The notes under the pieces were generated by a model. The model did no database searches. It had not been told where the DNA came from and saw only the letters and a program-made list of their open reading frames with translations. 64,000 nucleotides of DNA. Source: Podarcis liolepis (Eukaryota). Shown one piece after another: positions 12,980-32,606 of the stretch. Within the stretch, counting starts at the first letter, position 1, and each line of letters opens with the position of its first letter. The stretch lies in the NCBI GenBank assembly GCA_965112155.1, contig OZ218104.1. The stretch is one strand, 5' to 3'. A program made the position numbers and the translations under genes.

Positions 12980-14169
12980 CTCCTGGGATGCCTTGAATGG
13001 TAGTCAGGGGTGCCATGGGCAACACTGGCCCTTTCCTCTGATGTCCACTCACGTCTCTGCCTCCCAAACGCTTGCACAACTGTTTGTTGCAGTAGCTCTG
13101 GCTGCAAGCTCCCCAGGTGAATGGTGCCTCTGGGGCTGGCCAGGGGGTGCTTCCCAGGCCCCTGTGGGGCATTGTGAGGAGCCACCTCTCTTTGGGCTGG
13201 GGGGAGGGCAGCTCAGAGACTGAGGTGGCAGCTGCAGCTGTGCAAAGGACTCCCAAGGACAGGGGAGAAGAGAGGAGGCTGAGGGAACCCTCCACAAGGG
13301 AGGGGTGAGGGGCTGCCAGCTCTGCAGGCAAGGGGTGACATAACTGGGCTCCTGAGCCCCACAGGGGTGCCACTGATAGAATGTAGTTGGTCAAGGGAGC
13401 AGTGGACCCAAAAAGATTGAAAAGCTCTGGCTTATATACACCATCCAGTACTCCAAATGTCCCTCCTTGCCGGGGCCTGCTCCATGTTTTCATGCCTTAG
13501 TGGCATCATGAAGTATGGGATTTGTGACATTTGTGGTTCAGTTCATGGGCTACCAATGTTATGTGCATTTTTATAGTGTCTTTAGGAAGATTTAATGTAG
13601 AAATACAAGGATCCCCACTTTGGCTCTATGCCTGATTTTTACAGCTTAGTCTGTGTGATAGATGTAATCTGCGATTTGGGGTGTATCCCATGGAACAATC
13701 ATGCTAAGTTACCAGGATCTGTTTTTTATTCCCTAGATGTGACTGTTACCCAGACATGGTCTGATCATGCAACACTTCTGCACCAATTGCTCTGGCTACC
13801 AGTGTGTTTCTAGGTCCAGTTCAAAATGCTGGTTTTAATCTTTGGGTCCCTAAACTGTTTGGCGTGGGTTACCTAAATGCACCTTTCCACCTTTGTGTCA
13901 TCCCTTCTTAGATTGTAAACCTGAAGGTAATGAGCTCTCTTTTTTAAAAAATGATTTAGCCCTCCTCTAGAAATGGATAGCAATAAACAAATTAAATATA
14001 ACTGGGACATTTGTCTGAAATACACAAACATTTACTTGCAATACCTGCCAATGATATTATAATATTCTTTTTTTGTGCTATTATAATTTTAAAAACTTTT
14101 TTTTAACCCGTTCCTTTAAGATGGAAAAATAAACCCCAAAAAACAAATCCTTCAGTGCAGCAAGGAAAA

Positions 14170-14330
14170 GGTTAACGGCCGGCTCCTGAGACTTGACGTA
14201 ATCTCCTCTCGGGAAGGGCGGGGCAAAGAAGAACCGGAAGTGACAGGAGCGAGCCCAAAAGGGAAAGAGAGCGAGAGACCGAGAGAAGGGGGCCAAGGAG
14301 CTAGCGAGCGCTGGCAGGTGAGCGGGACGC
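14170..14330 (+). promoter_or_regulatory. SPATA2L: CpG-island promoter and non-coding first exon of SPATA2L
   Basis: CpG-rich. CRE-like TGACGTAA (~14195), GC box GGGCGGG (~14216), ETS CCGGAAGTG (~14235), strong donor CAG|GTGAGC at ~14317. Confidence 0.7.
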
Positions 14331-17003
14331 GAGTTCGAATCCCAACCGGCCGGATTTGCGGGGGCGTGCGGGGGAAACTTGTGAGGCGGGGGTGTTTGAC
14401 TCAGCCCCCAATGACGTTCCAGCGGGACGAAGAGGCGCTCCCTTCCTCGCCTTGAGAGCAGGGAGAAGGGGCTCTTTCAGGCTCTGCAGACCCCCACCCA
14501 CCAAATACGAGCCCTTTACCTGGGATCCCCCCAAATGGTAGGCATACTGCCGCCCCCGGCTCCAAATCTCCTTGTCTAGTGCAGCAGCAGCAGCGACCAA
14601 CAGCCCTGTGGCACCTGAAAGTCTGCCAGGGTGATGGTGGCATCTTCTGAGCCAGCGGGTCTCTTCTGATGCCAGTCCCTTTTTTAGACTGAACCTGCTG
14701 GGGGAGCGATGTGTGTTTTTATTTTCTGTACAGCGCCTACCAGGCATGAACGAGAAGCATCTTGTGGCACCTTAAAGGCTGGCACACTTTATGTTGGCAT
14801 ACGGTCCAGAGAAGCTGTGGTAGAATTTAAGATAAGGCTTTTGGAGCAGACTAACAGGAAATTAGTGTGGAAGAGGGACTTTTTGAAATAATGATTCATG
14901 ATCCATTAGGGGGCTTAGTATTACAGGGTTTTCATATGGTTTACTCCAACAGTCTTCCACTGATTTATGTATTGGGCACCCACTCCGCTGATGCCCTGTT
15001 GTTTTGCCCTATGATTATGTCCCTTTCCCTATTTCCCTGCAGAGCCACAGTACCCACATTATCATAACAGCACAACTTCTCCCCCCTTCACTGGAAGCAC
15101 TTACGGTGTGCCCCACTACCACCTTGAGGCTGTGACAGGACTCTCTCCCAAGGACTTGCCCTCCTGTGCCCCCCCTCCCCCACATGCAAAAGCAAAGCTA
15201 TCTCCCTCAAGTCTCTCATTCTCAGCACTTGGTGATCTGGTGGGTGGTTAACCCTCCGAGAGTCTCCCTCTGTTGGGCTTGGATCTTTTCACATTGTTAT
15301 TTTTAAGAGCTATTTGTGGGGCTTTGATTCTAAAGTGCTTCCATAGCAACTTACCTTGTTAGTTCAGGAACTGGGTTGACAACTATGTATTGTTGTCTAT
15401 GGCGCTATGCACTAACAGCAGGGCTTCTTCCAGAAGACAGCCACATACTCAGAAGCCATGGACATAGCAAGTGTTGGCAAAGAAGTGCCAACAACTTGTC
15501 TTGGGGCAGGGGCTGCCCCCTGCCTGGCTCATAGTCCCCTGGTTGGCTCTCTTCCACCCTCTCTCTCTGAGCCGTGGCTGTGGTTGCCTTTTTATTTCCC
15601 AGACATATGGAGGGAAAGAGGCGGAAGGCACAGAATGGCAACCAAAGGGCAGGGAGCTCAGGGTGGCAGACAGAGTCCCACCGTATTCAGCAGTTCTCCA
15701 GGGTTTCAAGCAGGGGTCTCTCCCACCCCTACTTGGAGATGTTGAACCTTGGAGCTTCTGCATGCAAAGCTGATGCTCTGCCAATGAGCTGAATGTGACT
15801 GAAGTGAGGAAGCAAATATTTCCTAACTCTATTCCTAATCGGAACAGTCTTGGCATACTATACAGTGTGTATATTTTGATATAGATATTCTCACAAGGAC
15901 TTACTTTCGCTTTAGTGGTGGAGAATGTAGAGACGTATTTAAAAGGCAATGTGGTGAAATTGGCAAGACTTCTCTCCTCAGCCATGCAGCTTGTCAGTTT
16001 CTCCAGAGTAAGCATCTTCTGGAGGACAGCAGATCTTTTGGACCACAGCTTCCATCAGCCTCAGCCAACATGGTCAGTGGCAAGGCATATGGGGAGTCAG
16101 AGTCCCAAAAATATGGAGGACACCAGGTTGCAGGAGGCTGGAGTAGAGATGGTGGAGAGAGTGAAGATAATAATGGAACAAGTAATGCAGAAGATGGGGG
16201 GAGTTCCATTGTCAGTGGCATCCTAACCAAAATGATCACTGCAAAATGATTCCTCTGCAATACCAGCTGTCAGTTTGTGCACCAGAGCTCTGTGCAGCAA
16301 CTCTGCTGGAAACTTAAACAGGGCTTGAAAAAAGCAAGAGGACAATCGGGGAAGTGTGTGAGTGCCAACAGTTTGGGATTGATGAGAGAAAGGGAATAGC
16401 CAAATTCTCACTGATGAGCCAGTAATGATCTTGAAAACACTTTTTTCTGCCAAAATCTCCAGCAGTCAGGTCACAGTAGCATTCCTCTGTACACCAGGGC
16501 ATCATCCTATAAAAACCATGAGGTTTTTATACCTCTAAAAGGCAGGGTAGAAATGACTGAAATGAATCAATACACTTAAAATTCGCTTTCCCATCACTTG
16601 GCCATTATCACCACCTCCTGCTTGTAGTTACATTACCCTTTGCATGCATGTGCATATGGCATTGAAAAGAAAACATGAGAAGTGAGAATGCACATGCAAA
16701 TGAAGAATATCTGCCCATACTGCATCAGCCTATTTATGGAATGCAGCTTATGTTAAAGGGCTTCTGGGGGTGGAATTTTATATATATATTTGTCATGGGT
16801 ATTTTCTTTGCAGCGGGAAAACTCATCCATGGCTTTTGTAAATCAAAACAACAGCCATCCTGTGCAGTATACAAGGCTCTGTTTTATGGGCTTGATGGCT
16901 GAATTCGTTTGCTTGGCAATCCCACTCGTAGCCATAGGCTGATTTGATTGACGGAATTTCAAATGGGACCAGGTTCAGGGCTTTGTTCTTATCCCGCTGC
17001 AGG

Positions 17004-19460
17004 ATGTCTCATGGAGCGGCACTGCAGGAGAAGTATCGTCAGTGCTTGGAGAACAATTTCCACCAGGGCCACACTGGCATCTGCACCGACTCGTCCCTGA
17101 AGGAGTGGATGTGGCGGCAACTGCTGGAGGATCCAGAAGTTCACAGTGCCCTGAGAGGGGAGGACACCTTCGCCATGCTTGCCTCGGCCCTGCGAGGACA
17201 GCTGGATCTGGGACTGGTGCTCCAGAATCTTGGCCGGGCCTTTGAGGTGCTGGAACTGGCAGCCGTCAATCTTTACTTCTTCCCCTGGCGCAAGGAATTT
17301 GGAACCATAAAAGTGAGCATTGTGGGGGAAAGTCAGGCATTGTGGGGGCAGAGGGAGGAGGCAATTCTGCTATATTGCAGACAGAAATAGTTGTTTATGT
17401 TACTTATTTGAATTCCTTCCCTCCAAATCATGCAAAGAGCAGCTCACCTCACGTATAGATGTGCAATGCATAAAAATAAAGCCAACCACCTTCCATTCAT
17501 TGGTGTGCAGAGGTTTACTTAGCCTCTCAGCACCTTTTCCTCTGTTTCCTGATAGTTTCCTATCTCGGTCAGAGTAGTAATATTTACAGCTGAAATCCTG
17601 AGTCTGCTTCTCTTCCAGAGAACTGAAGGAATCATTATTCTTTATTAAATTTCTGTCCTGCCTTTCCTCCTAAAGGAGCCCAGGGCAGCAAATAGCAGAA
17701 TGGCAGAGACAACACAATTAAATCTAAAATAAAAACAAATTTAAAACTTCCTTTAAAAAAAAAAAATTAGAAGCTGTCACATACTCCCACAGCTGCTAAT
17801 TTCATGGCATGGATAAATTTCATACTCGTTTTCAGTAATTGTATCTTTCAGCCATCAGATGCCAGGGTAAACAGGAATGTTCTCAAGTTCCTCCTGAAAG
17901 TTAATAACCAGAGAGACAAATGTGCTTCACCCCGGGAGAGCATTCTGCAAACAGGGAGCCATCACAGAGAAGGCCCTAGTAACCAGTCAATGACAGCTGG
18001 GCAGCATGTATAACCTCATGCATAATACAAAGATAATATTGTTGCTGTGTACCATGCCTAGTCACTGAACGAACAAACAAACTTGTTGTTTTTGTGTGCT
18101 TGAAACACTATGAGTTGTATCCAAAACTAGTCATATTCACAGAAGAGCTTCTGAAATTAATGAACCTAAGGTAGTCATGTTCATTTACTTCAGTGCGTCT
18201 GCTCTGAGTAAGACTAGCATTGGCTACAACCTTGTATTATTTTGAACACTGGATTGTTTTATCGATAGCTGTGTAAATTGCTTTGTAACCAAGCAGTCAG
18301 CAAATGCTGTAAATAAGTAACAGTATTAAATTTGTGTGTCGAGCAATGCAGAGCACTAACCGCTGTGTCTTTCTCCGCAGACCTTCTCAGGTGTTTACGT
18401 GCACGTCCTCCAGGGAGTCCTGCCTGAGGCCGACATCACCAGGAGTTTCCACCGGCTGGGCTACATCCCTAGAGACAGCCTCCACCTGGTCATTGCCCAG
18501 CTGCCCCCGAGTGCCAGCCTCCTCGCTGCAGCCTGCTGCTTTTTTGCAGCCAGGGTCGAGTGCGAGATCCTGGGGAAGATCGTGCGGGAACTGGAGCCGT
18601 ACGCCGCTTCACCTGAAGATCTTCTCCAGGCCCGCAGGGAAGCCAAAGGCAGCCTAGAGAACTGTGTGGCCAAGTTGCAGAGCCTGGTGCGGTGGCCTAG
18701 GGGCAGAGATTTCCGTGTGGAGCCAGCTGATGCGATAGACCTGTACAGGGAGAGTCCGGAAGGGCAGGGCCCGTATGGGGACCCTTTGGGACCTAGGTTG
18801 CCATTGTCATCGCAGCAGCACCAGCACCCCATTCCCCTCTGCGAGCGCAGCAGCCCCCGGTTGCGGAGCAGAGAGCAGCACTTCCAGACTCCGCAGGGGC
18901 TTGCGGAGAACAGGAGCAAGATGTGGGTGCTGGGCCCGGAGGAGCCACCGTACGGCAACGGGATCCCAGCCTCGGAGGGCCCCGATCTGGAGACCTCCTT
19001 CTCCTTTATCTCCCTGCGGCGGGAGCTCAGCAGAACTACGGAAGCGGACTACCCCACGCCTCCAGGAAGCCGCTTCTTGTCTCCCATCCCTCACTACGAC
19101 AGCCCTGGCGGCCCCCAGCTTCACCGGGGCAGCAGCCCAGCCTCTCCCTCAGCAAGGCAGCCAAGGAGTCCCCAGCTGAGCCCCACGGTGATGCACCGAG
19201 CTCTGGTGCCAGGTGCAGGGATGTCCCCAACAGAGCCACCGCGCTATCACCTGCATTCGTGCATGCGCCCGGGCACCCTCCCGGTCTCCTGCTGCAACAC
19301 CTGCAGATTGCTGCATGGCGGCAGCTGCGATGGAGCGCAGGTCTGCCGGAGCAGCCACCACATGGAAGAGCTGCAAAGCGAGAAGCAGCAGCGCCTCTGG
19401 CTGCAGAGGACAGAGGTGGACAAGCTGCTGCACGAGGGGCTGCCGGGAGTCTGGCAATAG
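17004..19460 (+). CDS. SPATA2L: Spermatogenesis-associated protein 2-like; coding exons 17004-17312 and 18381-19460; 462 aa
   Basis: cag|gATG acceptor, AAA|gtgagc donor and cag|ACC acceptor give a phase-0 join reading ...LYFFPWRKEFGTIK|TFSGVYVHVLQG..., the SPATA2-family PUB-like domain. Also FSFISLRRELSR and a C-terminal Cys/His cluster (CCNTCRLLH..C..C..H, RLWLQR). Convergent with CDK10, as in mammals. Confidence 0.95.
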
Positions 19461-22400
19461 CGCGCACTGGGAGAACCCACCAGGGCATCAACTGGACCTT
19501 GGACAGAAAAGCTGCTTCCTCTGCAGTTCTGAGGCTTCATCTAGAACCGCACACACAGCCTGCTTTTCGTCCTCCTTCTCCCAGGCCTTCCCTCTCGGTT
19601 TTCTGAAAAACACTTTCCCTTATTTTTGTTTCAGAGGAAAAAAACAGCCAGACACTCACTTTTCAGCATACATTCTCTTTCCCCTGCCAACAGGACTTTT
19701 CTCAAATCCTAAATATTTTGAGGATTTAGGTGAACAAATTTGTTGGGGGGGGGGGAATCCAGTCCTAAACAGTCTCCCGCAGTAGTGTTTGCTGGACAGG
19801 TGAGATTCTCCCCCCTCCACTTCCCTCATCCTTTCCACTGAGCATTTGAGGGGGCACTGCTTCATCTGAAAGTGGTTCCAGCTGGCTGACAAGAAATGGC
19901 AAGTCAATTGACATGTTAGAAGGACACGCACACCCCTCTGCCAGAATCCATCTTTTGTAATATCAGGGCACAATGAAGTTTTACATGATGCTCATCTGCT
20001 CCCTCTTTGTGTATTTCAAAGGATGTAGGGCAGCGTTTCCCCAACTGGGTGCCATCCAGTTGTTTTGCACTACAGTTCCCACCGTCTGCAGCCAGCAGAG
20101 CATTAGAATGCTGGGGCTGATGGGAACTGTAGTGGAAGACATCTGGAGGGCACCAAGGTTTGGGGGGAAGCTACTATAGGGAACTGCCATGGGAGAAGAT
20201 GGGCTGAGATTACAGGAGGGGTGGAGGTTGCCTCTCCTTGTTTATACCTTTTCCTGAATCCTTGTGGCTCTCCTCTGGAAGCTGAGACAGCGCCGGAAAA
20301 GCCTTAATGCTGAGTTTGTGTCTCCTGCTACTAGGCAGGGGCAGAGCTGTTCCCAAGCCCTCAGAGGCACTCAGCATCTCCCTGGTGGCTTACAGAAGCA
20401 GAGGTGCAAAATAAACAGAAGTGTAATCTCCTTTGTTCTCTGGATTTCTTTTCTCCCTTCCCCCACCTCCCAGTAGTGTGGGTAGTTGAGTTCCAGAGCT
20501 TGAATCCTCACTGGAAGGAACCCAGCTGGGAACTACGTAGCTCAGGGGTAGAGCTGCTGTGTTGCACGCAGGGGGTCTGAGCAGCAATGATTTAAAAGGA
20601 CTGGGTAGCAACTCCTCTCTGCCAGAGACCCTGGCAAATAGGCAATATTTGGCTAGATCATTGGTCTTCAGCTGGTAGGCTGGGATCCACTAGCATAGGG
20701 CTTTGGAACCTCTGGCTGTTTGGTCAAATTTGGCCTGGACTAGGTCACCGTTTGGCTCAGGGTTTCAATTTTTCTCAAACCACGCCCACCTGCCGTCATA
20801 TGTGATGTCATATGTGGGGCAGGTACACAGCTGCACAACCAAGTTTTCTGTGGGCAACTGGACTGAGCAGCTACTCCCTGCTGAAAGCATGACATTAGAT
20901 GATTGGCAGGTGATTTGTCCCATGGGGTGGGGATATCATGCTACCACCATAGAAATACATGGTAAAATATTAAGAATTCTATCTCGGAAAGCATGCTTAG
21001 ATAGCTGGCTTTCAGGTCTGGAAAAGTAGAAACTACTGTTAGCTGTTTGGCTTAGTATAAAGCAGCTGCATACGTATCATGGAGTTAACCGATCAGAATT
21101 TTCTGATCATTAAAGACAAGCACTTCCAGAAGTAAAAGATGCACTTATCTATTACAGTAGTTGTTTTCAAGGCTGTTCTGAAAACTTCCCTCCCACACTT
21201 TCTTCCTTGGCCACCTAGTCTTCCCAGTGTCACTTTGGCTCTTGCACAAAAGTCAGGAGGCAGGTGTAACTGGTCAGTTCTCTTTTTGATGCTTCTGGCA
21301 TAACTTTGGCCTCCTAAAGGTGCTTCAAGCACTATTTTCTGTTTCCCTACACAAAGCAAAGCAATATCACAGCTCTAGCAAAAGGATTCTGCTTGAGCCC
21401 TCGTTTGCTGCTGCTTGACTGTCCATGACAAGTGGGTGAATTTTCAATAATGGAGAAGAGCTTGAATACACTGCTGTGCTCCAGAGCCACTACCATTTTC
21501 ACCTCTGAATCAGAAAGGAAGGCCTTCAAAAGCTCACTGGACCAAGAAGGGATATATGCTTATGTGTTTGCTACAATAGAGATGCGAAGAGGTTGAAGTC
21601 CCTGATCTTCTAACCCCCACCCACGATAAGTTGCTAAGCAGAGCTTGACGCACAGAACAAGCAGTGCATGCAGGCAGGGATGCAAAACAGTGTGGGAGTT
21701 AAAGGCGCCTGGGCACCTCTAAATGCAGAGATGCTGCTGTTGCTGCCTAGGAACTTCCCTATATATAAGGCTGCCTCCTAGGGATCTGGCATCTCCCTCC
21801 CCACCCTCCCAGTCCTTCTGCTAAGGCTCACAGCAGCTTTAGTATTTACCCTCCAGGAGCACTACTCAAAGACAGCAGCGGCAAAAGACTTTATTGAGAC
21901 ACAGTCCTGGTTCAGTCTTGGGTTTTGCCCGCAAATAAGGGGCGGGATAAGGGGCTACTATTCGGCCCTGCTCTTTCCATCATGGGAGAGTCGAGCTGAT
22001 AATTCAGGAGCTTCGGTGCAGCTTGGCAAGCCAGCTCCCAGTTCGTAATCAGTGTCTCCCAGCAGGGGCAGCTGATTCCTATGAAGAACATGGGAGCTGT
22101 CCTGATACCCTCTGTAGGCTCCTGGCTCTTCGCCCCGGTGCCGCTGGCAGCTCCCAGCACTGCCTCTCTTCAAGCTCTGTCCTCTGAAAGAGAAACAGAA
22201 GTACCACAGTGCTGCAATTGTTTCAGATTTGCTTTTTTGCACTCAGGCAACAGCAATCCTGCAACCATGGAGTTGGGAGGGGCTAGAAAGGTTATCCAGT
22301 CCCAAACTCTGCCAGTGCAGGAAACCCCATTCTAGGGCATCGGTGGTCTCTGCTTAAAAACCTCCCTGAACCTTCCCTAAGCATCATTTGCTGCTGCTTT

Positions 22401-23491
22401 CAGGATCCAGTATTTCAAAGGTGTTTTCAAAGACTTCATGCTATTCATATGCCCCTTTTGTTTTAGCAAGGGCTTCAGTGCAACCTGCTTCCTGATCCCA
22501 GAGCATGCCATACTCCTAACCATTCATCAGCTAATGGGTGGCTGGAGCACACCTTGCTTCAGCAAAGGAACAATCAGTAGCTTCCTTTAACGCCCTATTG
22601 TTCCTTTGAAGCCACGTTGGCTGCTGCTTAAGGTGTGGAGCAGGTGGGCATGGTTTGCTAGGAGCAGCACGGAAGGCCAAAGTTGGCCGATGGGCCACAA
22701 CTTCCGCACTCTGCTTTCAGCTTCCTGTGGTCATAGCTGTGTGAAAGCACATGGGAGACATAAACAGCAGAGAATAGTGGAGCAGCTTCAGCTTCATGAG
22801 ACTCCTAGCTGGTTACATTTCTAGGCTGGTGGTGGGGAATCCACAGTCCACGGGTCTAATTAGGCCAAGCCTCCACACCTGACGAAGCCACAGTCACCTG
22901 CATTGCACCTGACATCATATATCGCATCTGGTGTCAGGTACGTACAGACATGGCCAGGATGAAATGGGGTTTGCAGGCAGCGTTGACTAGCTGATTGGTA
23001 GCCCCTGCAAAGCTGTGCAAAGTCCCATGCATCTGTCAAACGTGGCCACCTAACTGTCAATCACCTCACATAACAATGGCATCATTATAAGGTTGAAGTG
23101 TCCTCTGCTTCAGAGTATGGTATCTGACAAAGTGTGTATTACACACGAAAGTCCCACCTTGAAAGCTTATATTTAGTTGATCTTAACGGTGCCACTGGAA
23201 TTATTTAAAAAGATTTTTTCATCTTTTTATTTATTATGATCAGGAGACCAGTAAGGGGAGGACCATACCTGAGTGGTAGAAAATGCCCCGGGTTCAATTC
23301 CTGGTGTCTGGAGGTAGAGCTGGGAGACAGCTCTGCCTGGAATCTCTGGAAAGCTGCTGCCAGTCAGTGTAGAGTAGACAATACTGAGCTAGATGGACCA
23401 ATGGTGTGGCTTGGTATAAGGCAGCTACCACTGTTGTTAAGTGCACTTTGCTCTAGCCCTCGCCCGTCCTTACCGGGAGAAGTGTGCATCC

Positions 23492-30593
<7,102 letters not shown>

Positions 30594-32606
30594 GGCCGAA
30601 GCAGAGCGCACTTCTACTTTCCCCACAGCCACTGCGCATGCTCAAGCCACTTCCGTACAGTTACAGTATGAACTTCCGCACAGAGCCCCTAACAACGGTT
30701 GCTACGCGAGCCCTTTGCCCTGAGCGGGAGAAACTGGGGTACTAAAATTGGGCGAGGGGGAGAGAAAGGAAGGATCCAGTCCTCCTAGATTAGACTGAAG
30801 AGTGGGGAACACACCTTTTCTAAATTATCATTTTTTCTGCATAGCGTTCTAAGTGGCTTACAGAACATAAATAACAAGTTCCAAAATTACAATTATTATT
30901 ATTATTATTAGCCTTCTAAAAAGCACCCCAAAACTTTAATACTAAAGCTGTACATAAGGTAATATACAGCCAAATATAGAGGCTGAGTTTAGATGCTTTG
31001 CAATTGGTAGAGGGCGTTCGGAAGAATGTGATGCTTTAGCCCACCTGGGCTTCCATTCTCCTGCAACCATCCATTGTCTACAAGGAGAGATGCACCTGTC
31101 AAAAAGATGCACCTGTCAGGATCGAGACTACAGTCACTGTGGCGATAGTCATCTAGGCCATGCAAGGAGTTGCAGTGGAACATTATGTGTTGCCAACTTA
31201 AGTGGCTACTCTCTGCTCCATTTGACCAAGCCTGTGATCCTGGCAGGGCAAGAGGGGCCAGGAAGCATTTCACCAGAAATAGCAATGGCTGAAGCGGAGT
31301 AGTTGCCATTCACAGAGTGTACTCCCCAGTGTTGCTTTCACTGGTACAGCAGGCACTTCTCTGCGTGTTGGGTTTCATAGCCACACCCACAGTGCATGCT
31401 TACTCTGTATGATGTTGGCCTGAATATATTTTGTAGCATTTATTCTAATATTTTAAATTGCAAACTGTCTTTGCCGAAAGATTGTACATAAAAGTGATAA
31501 AATAAATAAATGAATAGTTCCTCCCTATGCGTAGGGTGCCTTACTCTTGCATCTCCAGTTACAGAAGTAGAGGTTCCTTTTGCACCATTGTGTCTTCCAG
31601 TCCTAATAAGATTTTTTCCCTTTTTGTGCCAAATGCCCTTTCATCGAAGCTCTCCCTTCTGTGCTTCACCTTCACATAAGAGCAGGGTGATGCTGCTCAC
31701 ACCTTATCTGATAAGTTGTGGGTGTGATGATAGGATTTCATATACGGTGGTCAGAGTGCAGTGTGAAGGTTCTATCACAGATACAATTTTCATAGTAGTT
31801 TAACATAAGAATTTAAGAGCCTTCTGGATCAGGCCAGTGGCCCCTCTAGTCCAGCATCCTGTTCCCACAGACAGTGGCCACCCACCTGCTTGTGGGGAAA
31901 CCCAACAGCCAATCCCTCTTTCCAGAGAAGTATTGTAGCTTTGGGAGGGAAATAGGGATCTCCTAATGATTCTCAGCACCCTTAACAAACTACAGTTTTC
32001 AGGATTATTTGGAGGAAGCCATGACAGTTTAAAATGATATGATACTGCTTTTAATGTATAGTACACGTGGAACCTATGTGATTATAGCATTTACAAGTAG
32101 TTAAGCTAGTTGCAGGAGGATGTGGGGGATTTAACAAAGATTTCAGCAACTTCCACAGAATATGCTCAGGGTGGATTGCACCTTATAACTACACCACACC
32201 CTCTTCCAGGTGTAATCCAATGGATCTCCCAAACCCTTCGCGACATATTTTGCCTGGACCTTCCTTTCTAGGAGTGCAGGTATGGCTGAGATGTTCCCCC
32301 TGCTCCAACAATACTAATCACTCATGCAGATACTGGTCCATTATTGACTGGGAATCTTAAAACATTTACCAAACATATTTATTTGGAAATGAACATCCAT
32401 CATCAACCTCATTTATATTTGGCTAAGCTTTGCCCTTCCTCCTCCTCTTCCTCCACCTCCAAATGTGGGAGGTGGGGAAAGTGAAACCATGAAAGGATTC
32501 ATTGTGGTGGGATTCCCATTTATTGAGAGGGGGATCCAGGACTGGGCTGCTAGCTTCCCTAGATGGTATCCATCACACCGAGTGCTGTTGACTCTCCACT
32601 GTGCAC

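Larger units (their letters stand above)
11493..13429. mobile_element. Non-autonomous hAT-like DNA transposon hosting the SINE and L1
   Basis: Imperfect TIRs CAGTGTTTTTCAACC / GATTGAAAAGCTCTG. Degenerate 8-bp TSD GCCTCTAT / GCTTATAT. Confidence 0.55.

Noticed and set aside
18461-19785. Long overlapping ORFs (227, 190, 165 and 151 aa) on SPATA2L exon 3
   Set aside because: Shadow frames of GC-rich coding sequence with no recognisable domains.
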